Source: Pseudomonadales bacterium (GTDB lineage Bacteria > Pseudomonadota > Gammaproteobacteria > Pseudomonadales > UBA7239). Taken from it: DNA of 64,000 nt. Location: NCBI GenBank assembly GCA_041395665.1, contig JAWLAB010000003.1, positions 98,961-162,960 of the forward strand. The letters run 5' to 3'. Shown here piece after piece: positions 41,437 to 50,245 of this stretch; position 1 is the first letter of the stretch; each line of letters starts with the position of its first letter. The notes under the pieces were generated by a model, which made no database searches, was not told the DNA's origin, and saw only the letters and a list, made by a program, of their open reading frames with translations. A program made the translations under genes and the position numbers.

Positions 41437-43097
41437 TATTCTCGCAGCCGCTTGTATTTCATGCGCGTGGGTTGTTGATCGCCCATGCGCGCTTTGTGAT
41501 CGGCTTCGTATTCGGTGTAAGTACCTTCAAAGAACACGGCGCTGCTTTCACCTTCAAAAGCGAGAATGTGTGTGCAAACGCGATCAAGAAACCAGCGATC
41601 GTGCGAAATCACCATCGCGCAGCCGGGGAAGTTTTGCAGTGCTTCTTCCAAGGCGCGCAGCGTTTCTACATCGAGGTCGTTTGACGGTTCGTCGAGCAGC
41701 AAAAAGTTGCCGCCTTCTTTCAGTGTACAGGCCAATTGCAGACGACCGCGTTCACCACCAGACAATTCGCCAACGCGTTTTTGTTGATCAGAGCCTTTGA
41801 AATTAAAGCGACCTAAGTAAGCGCGTGAAGGCACTTCATAGTTGCCAATTTTGATGATGTCGAGTCCGTCAGATACTGCTTCCCAAACGGTTTTGTTGGC
41901 ATCCAATTTTTCACGCGATTGCTCAACATAGGCGAGTTTTACCGTGTCACCCAGCGTGATGCTGCCTTGGTCCGGTTTCTCTTGACCGGTGATCATGCGG
42001 AACAGGGTCGATTTGCCTGCACCGTTGGGGCCGATGATGCCGACGATGGCGCCTTTCGGAACTGCAAAAGAAAGATCATCAACCAGCACGCGATCACCGA
42101 ACGATTTGGTGACACGATCCAGCTCTAATACTTTATCGCCTAAACGCGGGCCGGGTGGAATGTAAATTTCATTGGTTTCATTGCGCGCTTGATATTCTTG
42201 CGAATTCAATTCGTCAAAGCGTGCGAGACGTGCTTTGTTTTTTGCGTGACGACCTTTGGGGTTTTGACGCACCCATTCCAATTCGCGTTCGATAGTTTTT
42301 TGACGCGCTGCTTCAGTGCGCTCTTCTTGTTTCAAACGCGCTTCTTTTTGTTCCAACCAAGAAGTGTAATTGCCTTCATACGGGATGCCGTGGCCGCGAT
42401 CGAGTTCCAAAATCCAACCCGCTGCATTGTCGAGGAAGTAACGGTCGTGCGTGATCGCAACCACCGTACCCGGAAATTCCACCAGAAAATGTTCCAGCCA
42501 TGCGACAGATTCTGCATCCAAGTGGTTAGTCGGTTCATCGAGCAGCAACATATCAGGGCGCGACATCAGTAAACGACACAGCGCCACGCGGCGGCGTTCA
42601 CCGCCAGAGAGTTTGGTGACATCAGCATCCCACGGCGGTAGGCGCAGCGCATCGGCAGCGACTTCCAGTTTGTGTTCGATGCTGTGTGCATCCCACGCCT
42701 GAATAATGTCTTCAAACTCGGCTTGTTTTTTTGCCAGCGCATCAAAGTCAGCATTTTCTTCGGCGTAAGCCGCGTAAACAGCATCCAAACCTTTTAAGGC
42801 ATTGAGTGGTTCTGCTAAGCCTTCTTCCACATTGCCGCGCACATCTTTGTTGGCATCTAACTGTGGCTCTTGTGGTAGATAACCAATTTTTAGATTACTC
42901 ATCGGACGCGCTTCACCGATGAAATCGGTATCAATGCCTGCCATAATTTTTAACAAAGTCGATTTGCCGGAACCGTTTAAGCCTAGTACGCCAATTTTTG
43001 CGCCTGGGAAAAATGACAGTGAAATATCTTTGAGAATTTCACGCTTCGGTGGTACGACTTTACCGAGGCGATTCATAGTGAAAACATATTGAGCCAT
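41436..43097 (-). CDS. ettA: energy-dependent translational throttle protein EttA (ABC-F)
   Basis: MAQYVFTMNRLGKVVPPKREILKDISLSFFPGAKIGVLGLNGSGKSTLL. Two ABC cassettes, 553 aa. Confidence 0.93.
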   Translation of the reverse strand: MAQYVFTMNRLGKVVPPKREILKDISLSFFPGAKIGVLGLNGSGKSTLLKIMAGIDTDFIGEARPMSNLKIGYLPQEPQLDANKDVRGNVEEGLAEPLNALKGLDAVYAAYAEENADFDALAKKQAEFEDIIQAWDAHSIEHKLEVAADALRLPPWDADVTKLSGGERRRVALCRLLMSRPDMLLLDEPTNHLDAESVAWLEHFLVEFPGTVVAITHDRYFLDNAAGWILELDRGHGIPYEGNYTSWLEQKEARLKQEERTEAARQKTIERELEWVRQNPKGRHAKNKARLARFDELNSQEYQARNETNEIYIPPGPRLGDKVLELDRVTKSFGDRVLVDDLSFAVPKGAIVGIIGPNGAGKSTLFRMITGQEKPDQGSITLGDTVKLAYVEQSREKLDANKTVWEAVSDGLDIIKIGNYEVPSRAYLGRFNFKGSDQQKRVGELSGGERGRLQLACTLKEGGNFLLLDEPSNDLDVETLRALEEALQNFPGCAMVISHDRWFLDRVCTHILAFEGESSAVFFEGTYTEYEADHKARMGDQQPTRMKYKRLRE

Positions 43098-43225
43098 GTA
43101 GAAAATCCAAGGTTAAAATTAATAGGAGGTAGCTGTACAAAGGGCTAAAAATATTACGGTGCTTGTGTGTTGTTTATATAGGGCAGGTACTTTTCATTCA
43201 GAAGTATTAGTTGATCCAACAGTGG

Positions 43226-44173
43226 CTACATTGTAGCAACATTGATAGTTGTATATCCGTGTTTGGCCATAAGTAATCGTGTTGCATCGACTTTGTTATG
43301 CCACCAAAGATCAAAAATAATATCTGGTGGGTTTATGTTGCAAGTTTTCTTTAGTTCTACTTTTTTCTTGACGAAGAAAATAGTGGCCAGCCCCTCAATT
43401 CCTTGTGGGACTCTTGGTTGTGAGCGAGTGAGAGAGCACTCCGTCAAACTTCGCTCAATCAGCCCATTGCGATCAGTGAAGTGTAGCTGGTTGGGAAATT
43501 GTGTAGCGAGGTGGTAGGCCACCATACCCATTTGACCACTAAGAATTTGGATTTTTTCATTTTGCTGTATTTTTATTTCTTTGATAATTGGAATTAGGCT
43601 TTCTATGGTGCTGATATTGGCTCGGTTGTCGGGTGAGTTTTTTTCAGAGAATGTATATTGATTGAGTGTGTGTTGATCCAATTTATTAGAAGAATAGTCA
43701 AGGTGAGAGCTGCTTTCTCGTTGGTTGTGAAGCAACTGAGTTATACAAATCCCTACCAAAAGCAGCCGAAAAACAATTGGATTGGGTGCTAATAATGAAA
43801 TGTATCTAGTTACCAGTAGAGCATGAATAGGGGTTAATGCTGCAATGAGACGCTGTTCTGGCATCCAGTCTCCGCCAGCCAAGATAATAAAGATGAGATA
43901 GCCGCTGCTAGTAATTGCAGCTGTAGCAATAAGCGAAGTTTCTTTATGTTTATAGCTTCGCCAAAGTAGATGAGCAGTGGCAAGGATGCTTGCTACTCCC
44001 ATCATTAGATTCATTCCATGAAAACCTTGCGTAAGATAGAGAAATCCGTTTTTTATAGTAGCAATAGATATTCCGTTAGATTTTGCTGCTACAGGTTGCG
44101 GAAAGATATCGCCAAAATATACCCAGCGAAAACAAAAAATAATTAATGCAGTCATTACGCTGATAGCTGACAT
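43226..44173 (-). CDS. polytopic membrane protein, C-terminal part of a split GT-C-like glycosyltransferase gene
   Basis: FGDIFPQPVAAKS, GGDWMPEQR and a C-terminal soluble region (FTDRNGLIERSL, PPDIIF) recall the arabinofuranosyl/GT-C type family. Overlaps the upstream ORF by 98 nt in another frame. Confidence 0.4.
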   Translation of the reverse strand: MSAISVMTALIIFCFRWVYFGDIFPQPVAAKSNGISIATIKNGFLYLTQGFHGMNLMMGVASILATAHLLWRSYKHKETSLIATAAITSSGYLIFIILAGGDWMPEQRLIAALTPIHALLVTRYISLLAPNPIVFRLLLVGICITQLLHNQRESSSHLDYSSNKLDQHTLNQYTFSEKNSPDNRANISTIESLIPIIKEIKIQQNEKIQILSGQMGMVAYHLATQFPNQLHFTDRNGLIERSLTECSLTRSQPRVPQGIEGLATIFFVKKKVELKKTCNINPPDIIFDLWWHNKVDATRLLMAKHGYTTINVATM

Positions 44174-44780
44174 GCCAATCCGCCAGCGTATTCCTTCTTT
44201 GCTGGCTTACAATCACTGTGGTGATTGTAAGTAAGGGAATGAAAATGGGCATTTCTGGCCGCACTAACTGTACGGTGAAGCCAAATAAAGCTGTCAGCCA
44301 TAGATGATGGGTTGATAGGCAATACACATATAACAGTAAGAGCGCTGCACAGATTCCCGTTTCTAAACCTGCATATGTCCAGTACACCAATGGGGTGGTA
44401 ACGCAGAGTAAAACGGATAATGTAAGCTGTTGTTGGCGAGCAATAAGCCACAGTAACGGTATGCATAGCCAACCAAATAGTAATGGTATAAAAAATCCCA
44501 CTAGCGCAGCACTCATATTGCTAAAACGCGCAAAGAGCGCTGTTAGTAATGTATGCAGTAATGATGAACTTTGCTCAACCCTTTCAAAGTTGTAGTTTAG
44601 GATTTCACCATAGTTGGCTAGGGAGTGTGCTGCAAAAAAAGTGATATGAGCATCATCAACACTGGTTGCAAAATTCCAGTAGCTAGAAGCAAAAGCAAAA
44701 AGTACGACGCCTATTGCCAATGCAAAAAAATCGTTTGGATAAGTGCCAAGATTTTTTGTCAATGTTTGCTGCTTAGCCAT
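44076..44780 (-). CDS. polytopic membrane protein, N-terminal part of a split GT-C-like glycosyltransferase gene
   Basis: Early-loop acidic motif SVDDAHITFFAAHSL followed by multiple TM helices. The last ~40 codons (QQRRNTLADWHVSYQRNDC...) look non-native. Confidence 0.4.
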   Translation of the reverse strand: MAKQQTLTKNLGTYPNDFFALAIGVVLFAFASSYWNFATSVDDAHITFFAAHSLANYGEILNYNFERVEQSSSLLHTLLTALFARFSNMSAALVGFFIPLLFGWLCIPLLWLIARQQQLTLSVLLCVTTPLVYWTYAGLETGICAALLLLYVYCLSTHHLWLTALFGFTVQLVRPEMPIFIPLLTITTVIVSQQRRNTLADWHVSYQRNDCINYFLFSLGIFWRYLSATCSSKI

Positions 44781-45538
44781 TGATGAAAACGGTCAAGGAG
44801 TTTGTGGGAAGCTGTTTGGTTTTTGCCGACCAACACAATTGTCGCGTTATCGCGACCGCCTTGCGCAAGTGTTTCATCCAGTAATTCGCGCGCAGCTGTT
44901 TCAATATCGTGCTGTGAATTCAGTCGTGCACTGATTTTCTCAAAAGACAATTCATCAGACAAACCGTCGCTGCACAATAAAATCCATTGATTGGCTTGCC
45001 ATTCGCGTTCCACGGTATCGACACGAATTTGTTCGTTATCCATGGAGCCTAAACATTGCGTGATGACATTTTTATCTTTGTGACTGAGTGCTTCTTGCAT
45101 AGAAATGGTGCCAGCAGCGACCAACATTTGTACATAAGAGTGATCGGTGGTGAGTTGTTCGAGGATGCCGGTGTTCTCGCTAGTTTTTGTCCAGAGATAA
45201 GCGCGACTATCGCCGACCCATGCCACACGGTAGCGCGCCCCTTGTGTTTGCAAGGCGACAACGGTTGTGCCCATGCCTTTAGCGCCGCGTTCGGTGTGGC
45301 TGCTGCTCAAGATATTGTGGTGGGCTGCCAAAATGGCATCCGTCAGATCGCGCCCTTGGCGCACTTGCTCAACGATCGTTTCGATTGCAATTGCACTGGC
45401 GACTTCGCCTGCTTCATGGCCGCCCATACCATCGGCCACCAGCCATAGCCCCAATTCGGGATGGCAGGCGAAAGCGTCTTCGTTATTGTTGCGCACATTG
45501 CCCGTGTGGGTGAGGGCAAAATCTTTCCAGACCGCCAT
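44759..45538 (-). CDS. PP2C-family Ser/Thr protein phosphatase
   Basis: 259 aa: NNEDAF, LVADGMGGHEAGEVAS, GDSR, LCSDGL and GGRDNATIV motifs. Confidence 0.85.
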   Translation of the reverse strand: MAVWKDFALTHTGNVRNNNEDAFACHPELGLWLVADGMGGHEAGEVASAIAIETIVEQVRQGRDLTDAILAAHHNILSSSHTERGAKGMGTTVVALQTQGARYRVAWVGDSRAYLWTKTSENTGILEQLTTDHSYVQMLVAAGTISMQEALSHKDKNVITQCLGSMDNEQIRVDTVEREWQANQWILLCSDGLSDELSFEKISARLNSQHDIETAARELLDETLAQGGRDNATIVLVGKNQTASHKLLDRFHQWLSSKH

Positions 45539-45614
45539 GCGGTATCCTGTTCGTCTTTAAGGGGTCGATCTATTAAAATCGTCGGCCATTATAGTTTGGC
45601 CGGGCGTTCTCCGG

Positions 45615-45917
45615 TTGCTTTCCAGAGAGACGATTTCCTTGGTCAGTCCATCACTCACATCGCGCTCACTCATCCTTTACGGCACACTAGGCTGTCATCT
45701 CTGTGAGGTGGCAGAGCAGCTGTTATTGCCGTTTGTGGCACAAGGTTGGCAAGTCGAACTGGCCGATATAGCCGAGGACGATGTGCTGTTGGCGCGTTTC
45801 TCATTGACCATCCCTGTTTTGGAAGATGTAGATACAGGTCAGTTACTCAATTGGCCGTTCGATACTACACAGCTCTATGCTTTCCTTTGCAGCGACAAAA
45901 CTGTGCAGAGTCATTGA
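45615..45917 (+). CDS. glutaredoxin-like thioredoxin-fold protein (DUF836-like)
   Basis: LILYGTLGCHLCEVAEQLL...TIPVL pattern. No in-frame ATG, so the start (TTG 45615 or later) is uncertain. Confidence 0.55.
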   Translation: MLSRETISLVSPSLTSRSLILYGTLGCHLCEVAEQLLLPFVAQGWQVELADIAEDDVLLARFSLTIPVLEDVDTGQLLNWPFDTTQLYAFLCSDKTVQSH

Positions 45918-45920
45918 GCA

Positions 45921-46397
45921 ATGTGGCGCTGGGTTATTTTGGCATTTGCAGTGCTTTTTATTATTTCGCGGCTAGCGCGCTTACAGCCATCACCGCGTGA
46001 TAAAAAACTCCAGCTGATGCGACAGGCAGCGACGCAGGCCGGCTTGGCTGTGCGATTTTGGACGAAGCGCAACAGTGGATATCAGTCGCGTTTATTGCCT
46101 GAATCAGGCTTTATGTATTACTTTCCTTGGCCGGTTAGTGATCAGCCAAAAAAACACTGGGCAATTTGGTTGGATGTCGAAGGTAATACGCATGGTATTG
46201 CCGGAGAAGTACCTGATTTGGCTCAAAAGTGCCTATATTCCTTTCAGCAAAACTTCCCAAACAGCTGGGCTCTTTTAGAATGCAATGCTGTCGGCATGGG
46301 CTTGCTATGGCAGGAATGTGGTGAGTTGGACGATGTAAATAAAATTGCGCAAGCTTTGGATGTATTGCGCAAAAATTTTGATGTAGTAACGAGTTGA
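45921..46397 (+). CDS. hypothetical membrane-anchored protein
   Basis: 158 aa with one N-terminal TM helix (WVILAFAVLFIISRL). No motif recognised. Tightly packed between its neighbours. Confidence 0.4.
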   Translation: MWRWVILAFAVLFIISRLARLQPSPRDKKLQLMRQAATQAGLAVRFWTKRNSGYQSRLLPESGFMYYFPWPVSDQPKKHWAIWLDVEGNTHGIAGEVPDLAQKCLYSFQQNFPNSWALLECNAVGMGLLWQECGELDDVNKIAQALDVLRKNFDVVTS

Positions 46398-48181
46398 GAG
46401 CGATAGTGGTAATGAGTAGTCATGTTTCTTCGGCAGCAAAGATTTTTACTGGTTTTTTCGTCTGCATTTTGGCCGCGCTAGTTTGGTATACCGCAATCTA
46501 CCCAAGAAGTATAGAAAGTGAGTGGGGTGAACCGTTAAAAAGCGCTTCCTTTGCCCCGTTTTATGATGGGCAATCTCCTTTAAAGAAAGTGTTTCCGTCA
46601 CAAGAACAAATTGAAGCAGATTTGGTGCGATTAAAAGGCGTATTCAGTGGCGTTCGTACTTATACCGCGCGAGATGGTATGGAAGTTGTTCCTGCTTTGG
46701 CAGAAAAACACGGCTTCACCTTGACGCACAGCGCATGGCTGGGGAGAGAAAAAGCGGATAACGACAAAGAAGTGCAGGTGTTGATCGAGACGGCAAATCA
46801 TTACCCGCAAGCAGTGAAGCGAGTGATCGTGGGTAATGAAGTTTTATTGCGCCGTGATCTCAAACCAGATGAGTTGATCGCCTACATTGATCAAGTGCGT
46901 TCTGCTATTAAGCAGCCTGTTTCTTACGCCGATGTGTGGGCGTTTTGGCTGAAAAACCCGCAAGTCGCAGATCATGTGGACTACATCACCATTCATATTT
47001 TGCCGTATTGGGAAGATGAACCGGTTTCGCTGCATGATGCACAACAACATATGTTGGTCATCATCGAAAAAATTAAACAGCGTTTTCCCGGCAAGCCTAT
47101 TTTGGTGGGTGAAACAGGTTGGCCAACAGAAGGGCGTAGCCGTGGCCCCGCCCATGCTGACCTATTAACGGCAGCAGAGTTTGTGCGTTCGTTACCACAT
47201 TTGGCTAAACAATATGATTTTGATTACAACGTAGTTGAGGCGTTTGACCAATCTTGGAAAGCGCAATTAGAAGGCACAGTGGGTGCGCGTTGGGGATTAT
47301 TTGACGCATCGCGCGCAATGAAATATCCATTAACGGGTGATGTGGTTCCATTGGATGATGCAATGCTGCGTGCAGGTGCATCTTTGCTCGTTGGATTATT
47401 GCTTGCGCTGTTGCTGGTGCCTTATGCGCGCACCGTGCGACACACTTTGTTATTGAGTGGGTGGAGCCAATTATTTGCAGCGGCTTTGGTGTTGGCAATC
47501 TATAAAAGTATTCGTTTGTCAGTTGCACCATCTTCACTGACATGGTTTTCTCAGCACTTGCTCTTTTTTGTTGCGGATAAACACTGGATTTCCGATGCCG
47601 ATGTGGCGTTTTGGTATCGCTTGTTACTGCAAATATGGGCAGAACCTTTTGCGCAGTTGTGGGGTTATGTTTTGGTAGGTTTTTCATTGCTGTTTGCTAT
47701 CGGTGGCGTGCAGTGGTTGCGTTCGTTATTAGCAAAACAACTGTCATCAGATTCTGTTGCGTGGGTGCGTCGCGGTTTTGCACTGTACGGTTTGGGTGCC
47801 ATGGGTTTTGCGGTAATGTTTTCGACATCCGGTCGTTACATGGATATCCCCGTTGCACTGTATTGTCTGCCAGTGGTGCTGGCCGTTGGGCTATGGTTAT
47901 CGCGTCGTTGCATTGCAACGATTCCGCAAAGTGCGAGCGCAGTTTTTACATGGAATATTCATGCAAGATTGTTGCTGCCTGCAGCAGCGCTGGCTTGTCT
48001 GTGGGGTGAGGTGAAGGCGATGTTGAAGGGTGAAGATTTCATAACCATGCATCCTACGCTGCAAGAACAACTGCCTTTGATAGCCAATTCTCTGTTGTCC
48101 AATTACCAGCTGCTCTTATGGTGCTTGCTGTGTGTTTTGTTGGCGTTTGCGTTTCAACGAGAAAAAAAGATTGCCCATTAA
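46394..48181 (+). CDS. glycoside hydrolase family 17 domain fused to a C-terminal polytopic membrane domain (NdvC-like)
   Basis: N-terminal TM anchor. GH17/clan-A blocks VIVGNEVLLR (acid/base Glu) and ILVGETGWPTEG (nucleophile Glu), then 6 or more TM helices. Start is TTG 46394 or ATG 46412. Confidence 0.6.
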   Translation: MRAIVVMSSHVSSAAKIFTGFFVCILAALVWYTAIYPRSIESEWGEPLKSASFAPFYDGQSPLKKVFPSQEQIEADLVRLKGVFSGVRTYTARDGMEVVPALAEKHGFTLTHSAWLGREKADNDKEVQVLIETANHYPQAVKRVIVGNEVLLRRDLKPDELIAYIDQVRSAIKQPVSYADVWAFWLKNPQVADHVDYITIHILPYWEDEPVSLHDAQQHMLVIIEKIKQRFPGKPILVGETGWPTEGRSRGPAHADLLTAAEFVRSLPHLAKQYDFDYNVVEAFDQSWKAQLEGTVGARWGLFDASRAMKYPLTGDVVPLDDAMLRAGASLLVGLLLALLLVPYARTVRHTLLLSGWSQLFAAALVLAIYKSIRLSVAPSSLTWFSQHLLFFVADKHWISDADVAFWYRLLLQIWAEPFAQLWGYVLVGFSLLFAIGGVQWLRSLLAKQLSSDSVAWVRRGFALYGLGAMGFAVMFSTSGRYMDIPVALYCLPVVLAVGLWLSRRCIATIPQSASAVFTWNIHARLLLPAAALACLWGEVKAMLKGEDFITMHPTLQEQLPLIANSLLSNYQLLLWCLLCVLLAFAFQREKKIAH

Positions 48182-48199
48182 TTTGAATGAAAGTTTTCA

Positions 48200-48276
<77 letters not shown>

Positions 48277-48318
48277 CATAACAATGAATAAATAGTCGAA
48301 TCAATAAGGAGTAGAGCA

Positions 48319-48954
48319 ATGAACCCGATAGATTTTATTTTGCATATCAATGATCACTTGGCGACGATGATTGAGCTGTACGGCGTATGGGTTTACGCCA
48401 TTTTGTTTTTGATTGTATTCGCAGAGACGGGGTTAGTTGTTACGCCATTTCTACCTGGTGATTCACTGCTGTTTGCAGTGGGCGCTTTGGCAGCATCGAC
48501 AGGGAAACTGGATCCGTGGTTGTGTGGTGCCATCATTATGGTCGCCGCGTTTTGTGGAGATAATGTCAATTATTGGGTGGGAAGAACTTTGGGGCCGCGT
48601 GTTTTTCGCTTCGAAGACTCCATCTTCTTTAATCGCAAACATTTGGAGCGCACTGAGCAGTTTTATAACAAATACGGTTCGCGTGCGGTGATCATTGCGC
48701 GCTTTGTGCCGATTGTTCGTACTTTTGCGCCGTTCGTAGCTGGCGTTGGCAAAATGCCTTATCCGCGTTATATCGCTTTTAGTTCTATCGGTTCTTTGTT
48801 GTGGGTACCAATTTGCGTGGGTGCTGGTGTTTTCTTTGGCGATATGGAAATCGTTAAAAAGAATTTTGAACTGGTGATACTCGGTGTCATCGCTGTATCA
48901 CTTATTCCTATTGCTGTTGAGGTATTGAAAGCAAAATTTGGGAAAACCAATTGA
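48319..48954 (+). CDS. DedA family membrane protein
   Basis: 211 aa: VVTPFLPGDSLLFAVGALAA, FCGDNVNYWVGR, IIARFVPIVRTFAPFVAG. Confidence 0.85.
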   Translation: MNPIDFILHINDHLATMIELYGVWVYAILFLIVFAETGLVVTPFLPGDSLLFAVGALAASTGKLDPWLCGAIIMVAAFCGDNVNYWVGRTLGPRVFRFEDSIFFNRKHLERTEQFYNKYGSRAVIIARFVPIVRTFAPFVAGVGKMPYPRYIAFSSIGSLLWVPICVGAGVFFGDMEIVKKNFELVILGVIAVSLIPIAVEVLKAKFGKTN

Positions 48955-48981
48955 GCGTGCGATTTTATCGCTGAGGCTGTC

Positions 48982-49788
48982 ATGTTAAGCCGTGCGGATG
49001 CTCAATTTTCTGCGCTACAGCAGTGGTACGCAGGTAGTGTCGGCCAAAATATTTGGCGCGCAGAAAAAGCGTTATTGGATCGACACCTACCACATTTATT
49101 CGGTTATCACTTGATGACGCTAGGGGTTTGCCCGTCCTTGCCTTTAGTAGAAGCGAGCCCCATCCATCATTGTTTTTCTCTGAGCGAAGCAGCTTCGGCT
49201 TCGCCAAACATTGCAGCGCGTTGCCACGCATACGCATTGCCCATCGAGAATGAAAGTGTGGATGTGGCAGTGCTACACCACAGCTTGGATTACAGTGATA
49301 CACCGCATCAGTTATTGCGTGAAACTGCTCGAGTATTAATGCCTTACGGTAGCGTGCTGATTTTTGGTTTTCAGCGTTGCAGTACACTCGGCGTGCAACA
49401 TGCACTACAAAAGCGCTGGAGCCCTCTCAATACAGTAGCGGCACACAATAGTTTGAGTGTGCATCGCCTGCATGACTGGTTAACGCTGTTGAATTTTGAA
49501 ATTGTGGAGTCGACGCATACGGTTTATGTGCCGCCGCAATTAGGTGAGGCAGCTAGAAGCCATTTGCAGTGGCTTGAGCGCTGGGGAAGTAAATCCAAGC
49601 TGCCGTGGGGTAGTGTTTATTGTGTGTTGGCGCGCAAAACAGTGGTGGGTGTTAGACCGTTGCTGTTAGAAAAAGAGAAGCGGTCGCTGAATCCTTTGAG
49701 TGCTTTGTCGCCAGTGCCAGTCACTCCGACTGTTCGTCCGTCTACTGTTTCTCCTTCGGCTGCGGTCAATCCAAAAAATAATGTCTGA
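48982..49788 (+). CDS. class I SAM-dependent methyltransferase-like protein
   Basis: 268 aa. [38 protein letters not shown] fits methyltransferase type 11 post-I/II blocks. Conserved position upstream of rnhA. P/S/T/V-rich tail. Confidence 0.6.
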   Translation: MLSRADAQFSALQQWYAGSVGQNIWRAEKALLDRHLPHLFGYHLMTLGVCPSLPLVEASPIHHCFSLSEAASASPNIAARCHAYALPIENESVDVAVLHHSLDYSDTPHQLLRETARVLMPYGSVLIFGFQRCSTLGVQHALQKRWSPLNTVAAHNSLSVHRLHDWLTLLNFEIVESTHTVYVPPQLGEAARSHLQWLERWGSKSKLPWGSVYCVLARKTVVGVRPLLLEKEKRSLNPLSALSPVPVTPTVRPSTVSPSAAVNPKNNV

Positions 49789-49795
49789 AGAGTTT

Positions 49796-50233
49796 ATGAA
49801 AAAAGTTGAAATTTTTACTGATGGTGCGTGTCGCGGAAATCCAGGGCCTGGTGGCTGGGGTGCAGTATTGCGTTATGGCGATAATGAAAAAGAAATGTAT
49901 GGTGCAGAAAGTTTAACGACGAATAATCGCATGGAATTGATGGCGGCTATCGCGGCATTAGAGGCCTTAAAGGATTCGTGTATTGTGGATTTAACAACTG
50001 ATTCACAATATGTGCGCCAAGGCGTAAGCAGTTGGATGGCTAATTGGAAAAAAAATGGCTGGCGCACCAGTGATAGAAAGCTAGTAAAAAACCAAGATTT
50101 GTGGCAACGACTTGATGCGGCTGCGCTCAAACATACGGTGGCGTGGCACTGGGTGAAAGGGCATAGCGGCCACGCTGAAAATGAACGCTGTGATGCACTG
50201 GCCAATCAAGCCATTGATGAAATGCTGGCGTAG
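49796..50233 (+). CDS. rnhA: ribonuclease HI
   Basis: [25 protein letters not shown]...TNNRMEL...DSQYV...[14 protein letters not shown]. Confidence 0.93.
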   Translation: MKKVEIFTDGACRGNPGPGGWGAVLRYGDNEKEMYGAESLTTNNRMELMAAIAALEALKDSCIVDLTTDSQYVRQGVSSWMANWKKNGWRTSDRKLVKNQDLWQRLDAAALKHTVAWHWVKGHSGHAENERCDALANQAIDEMLA

Positions 50234-50245
50234 TGAGGTGTAAAC

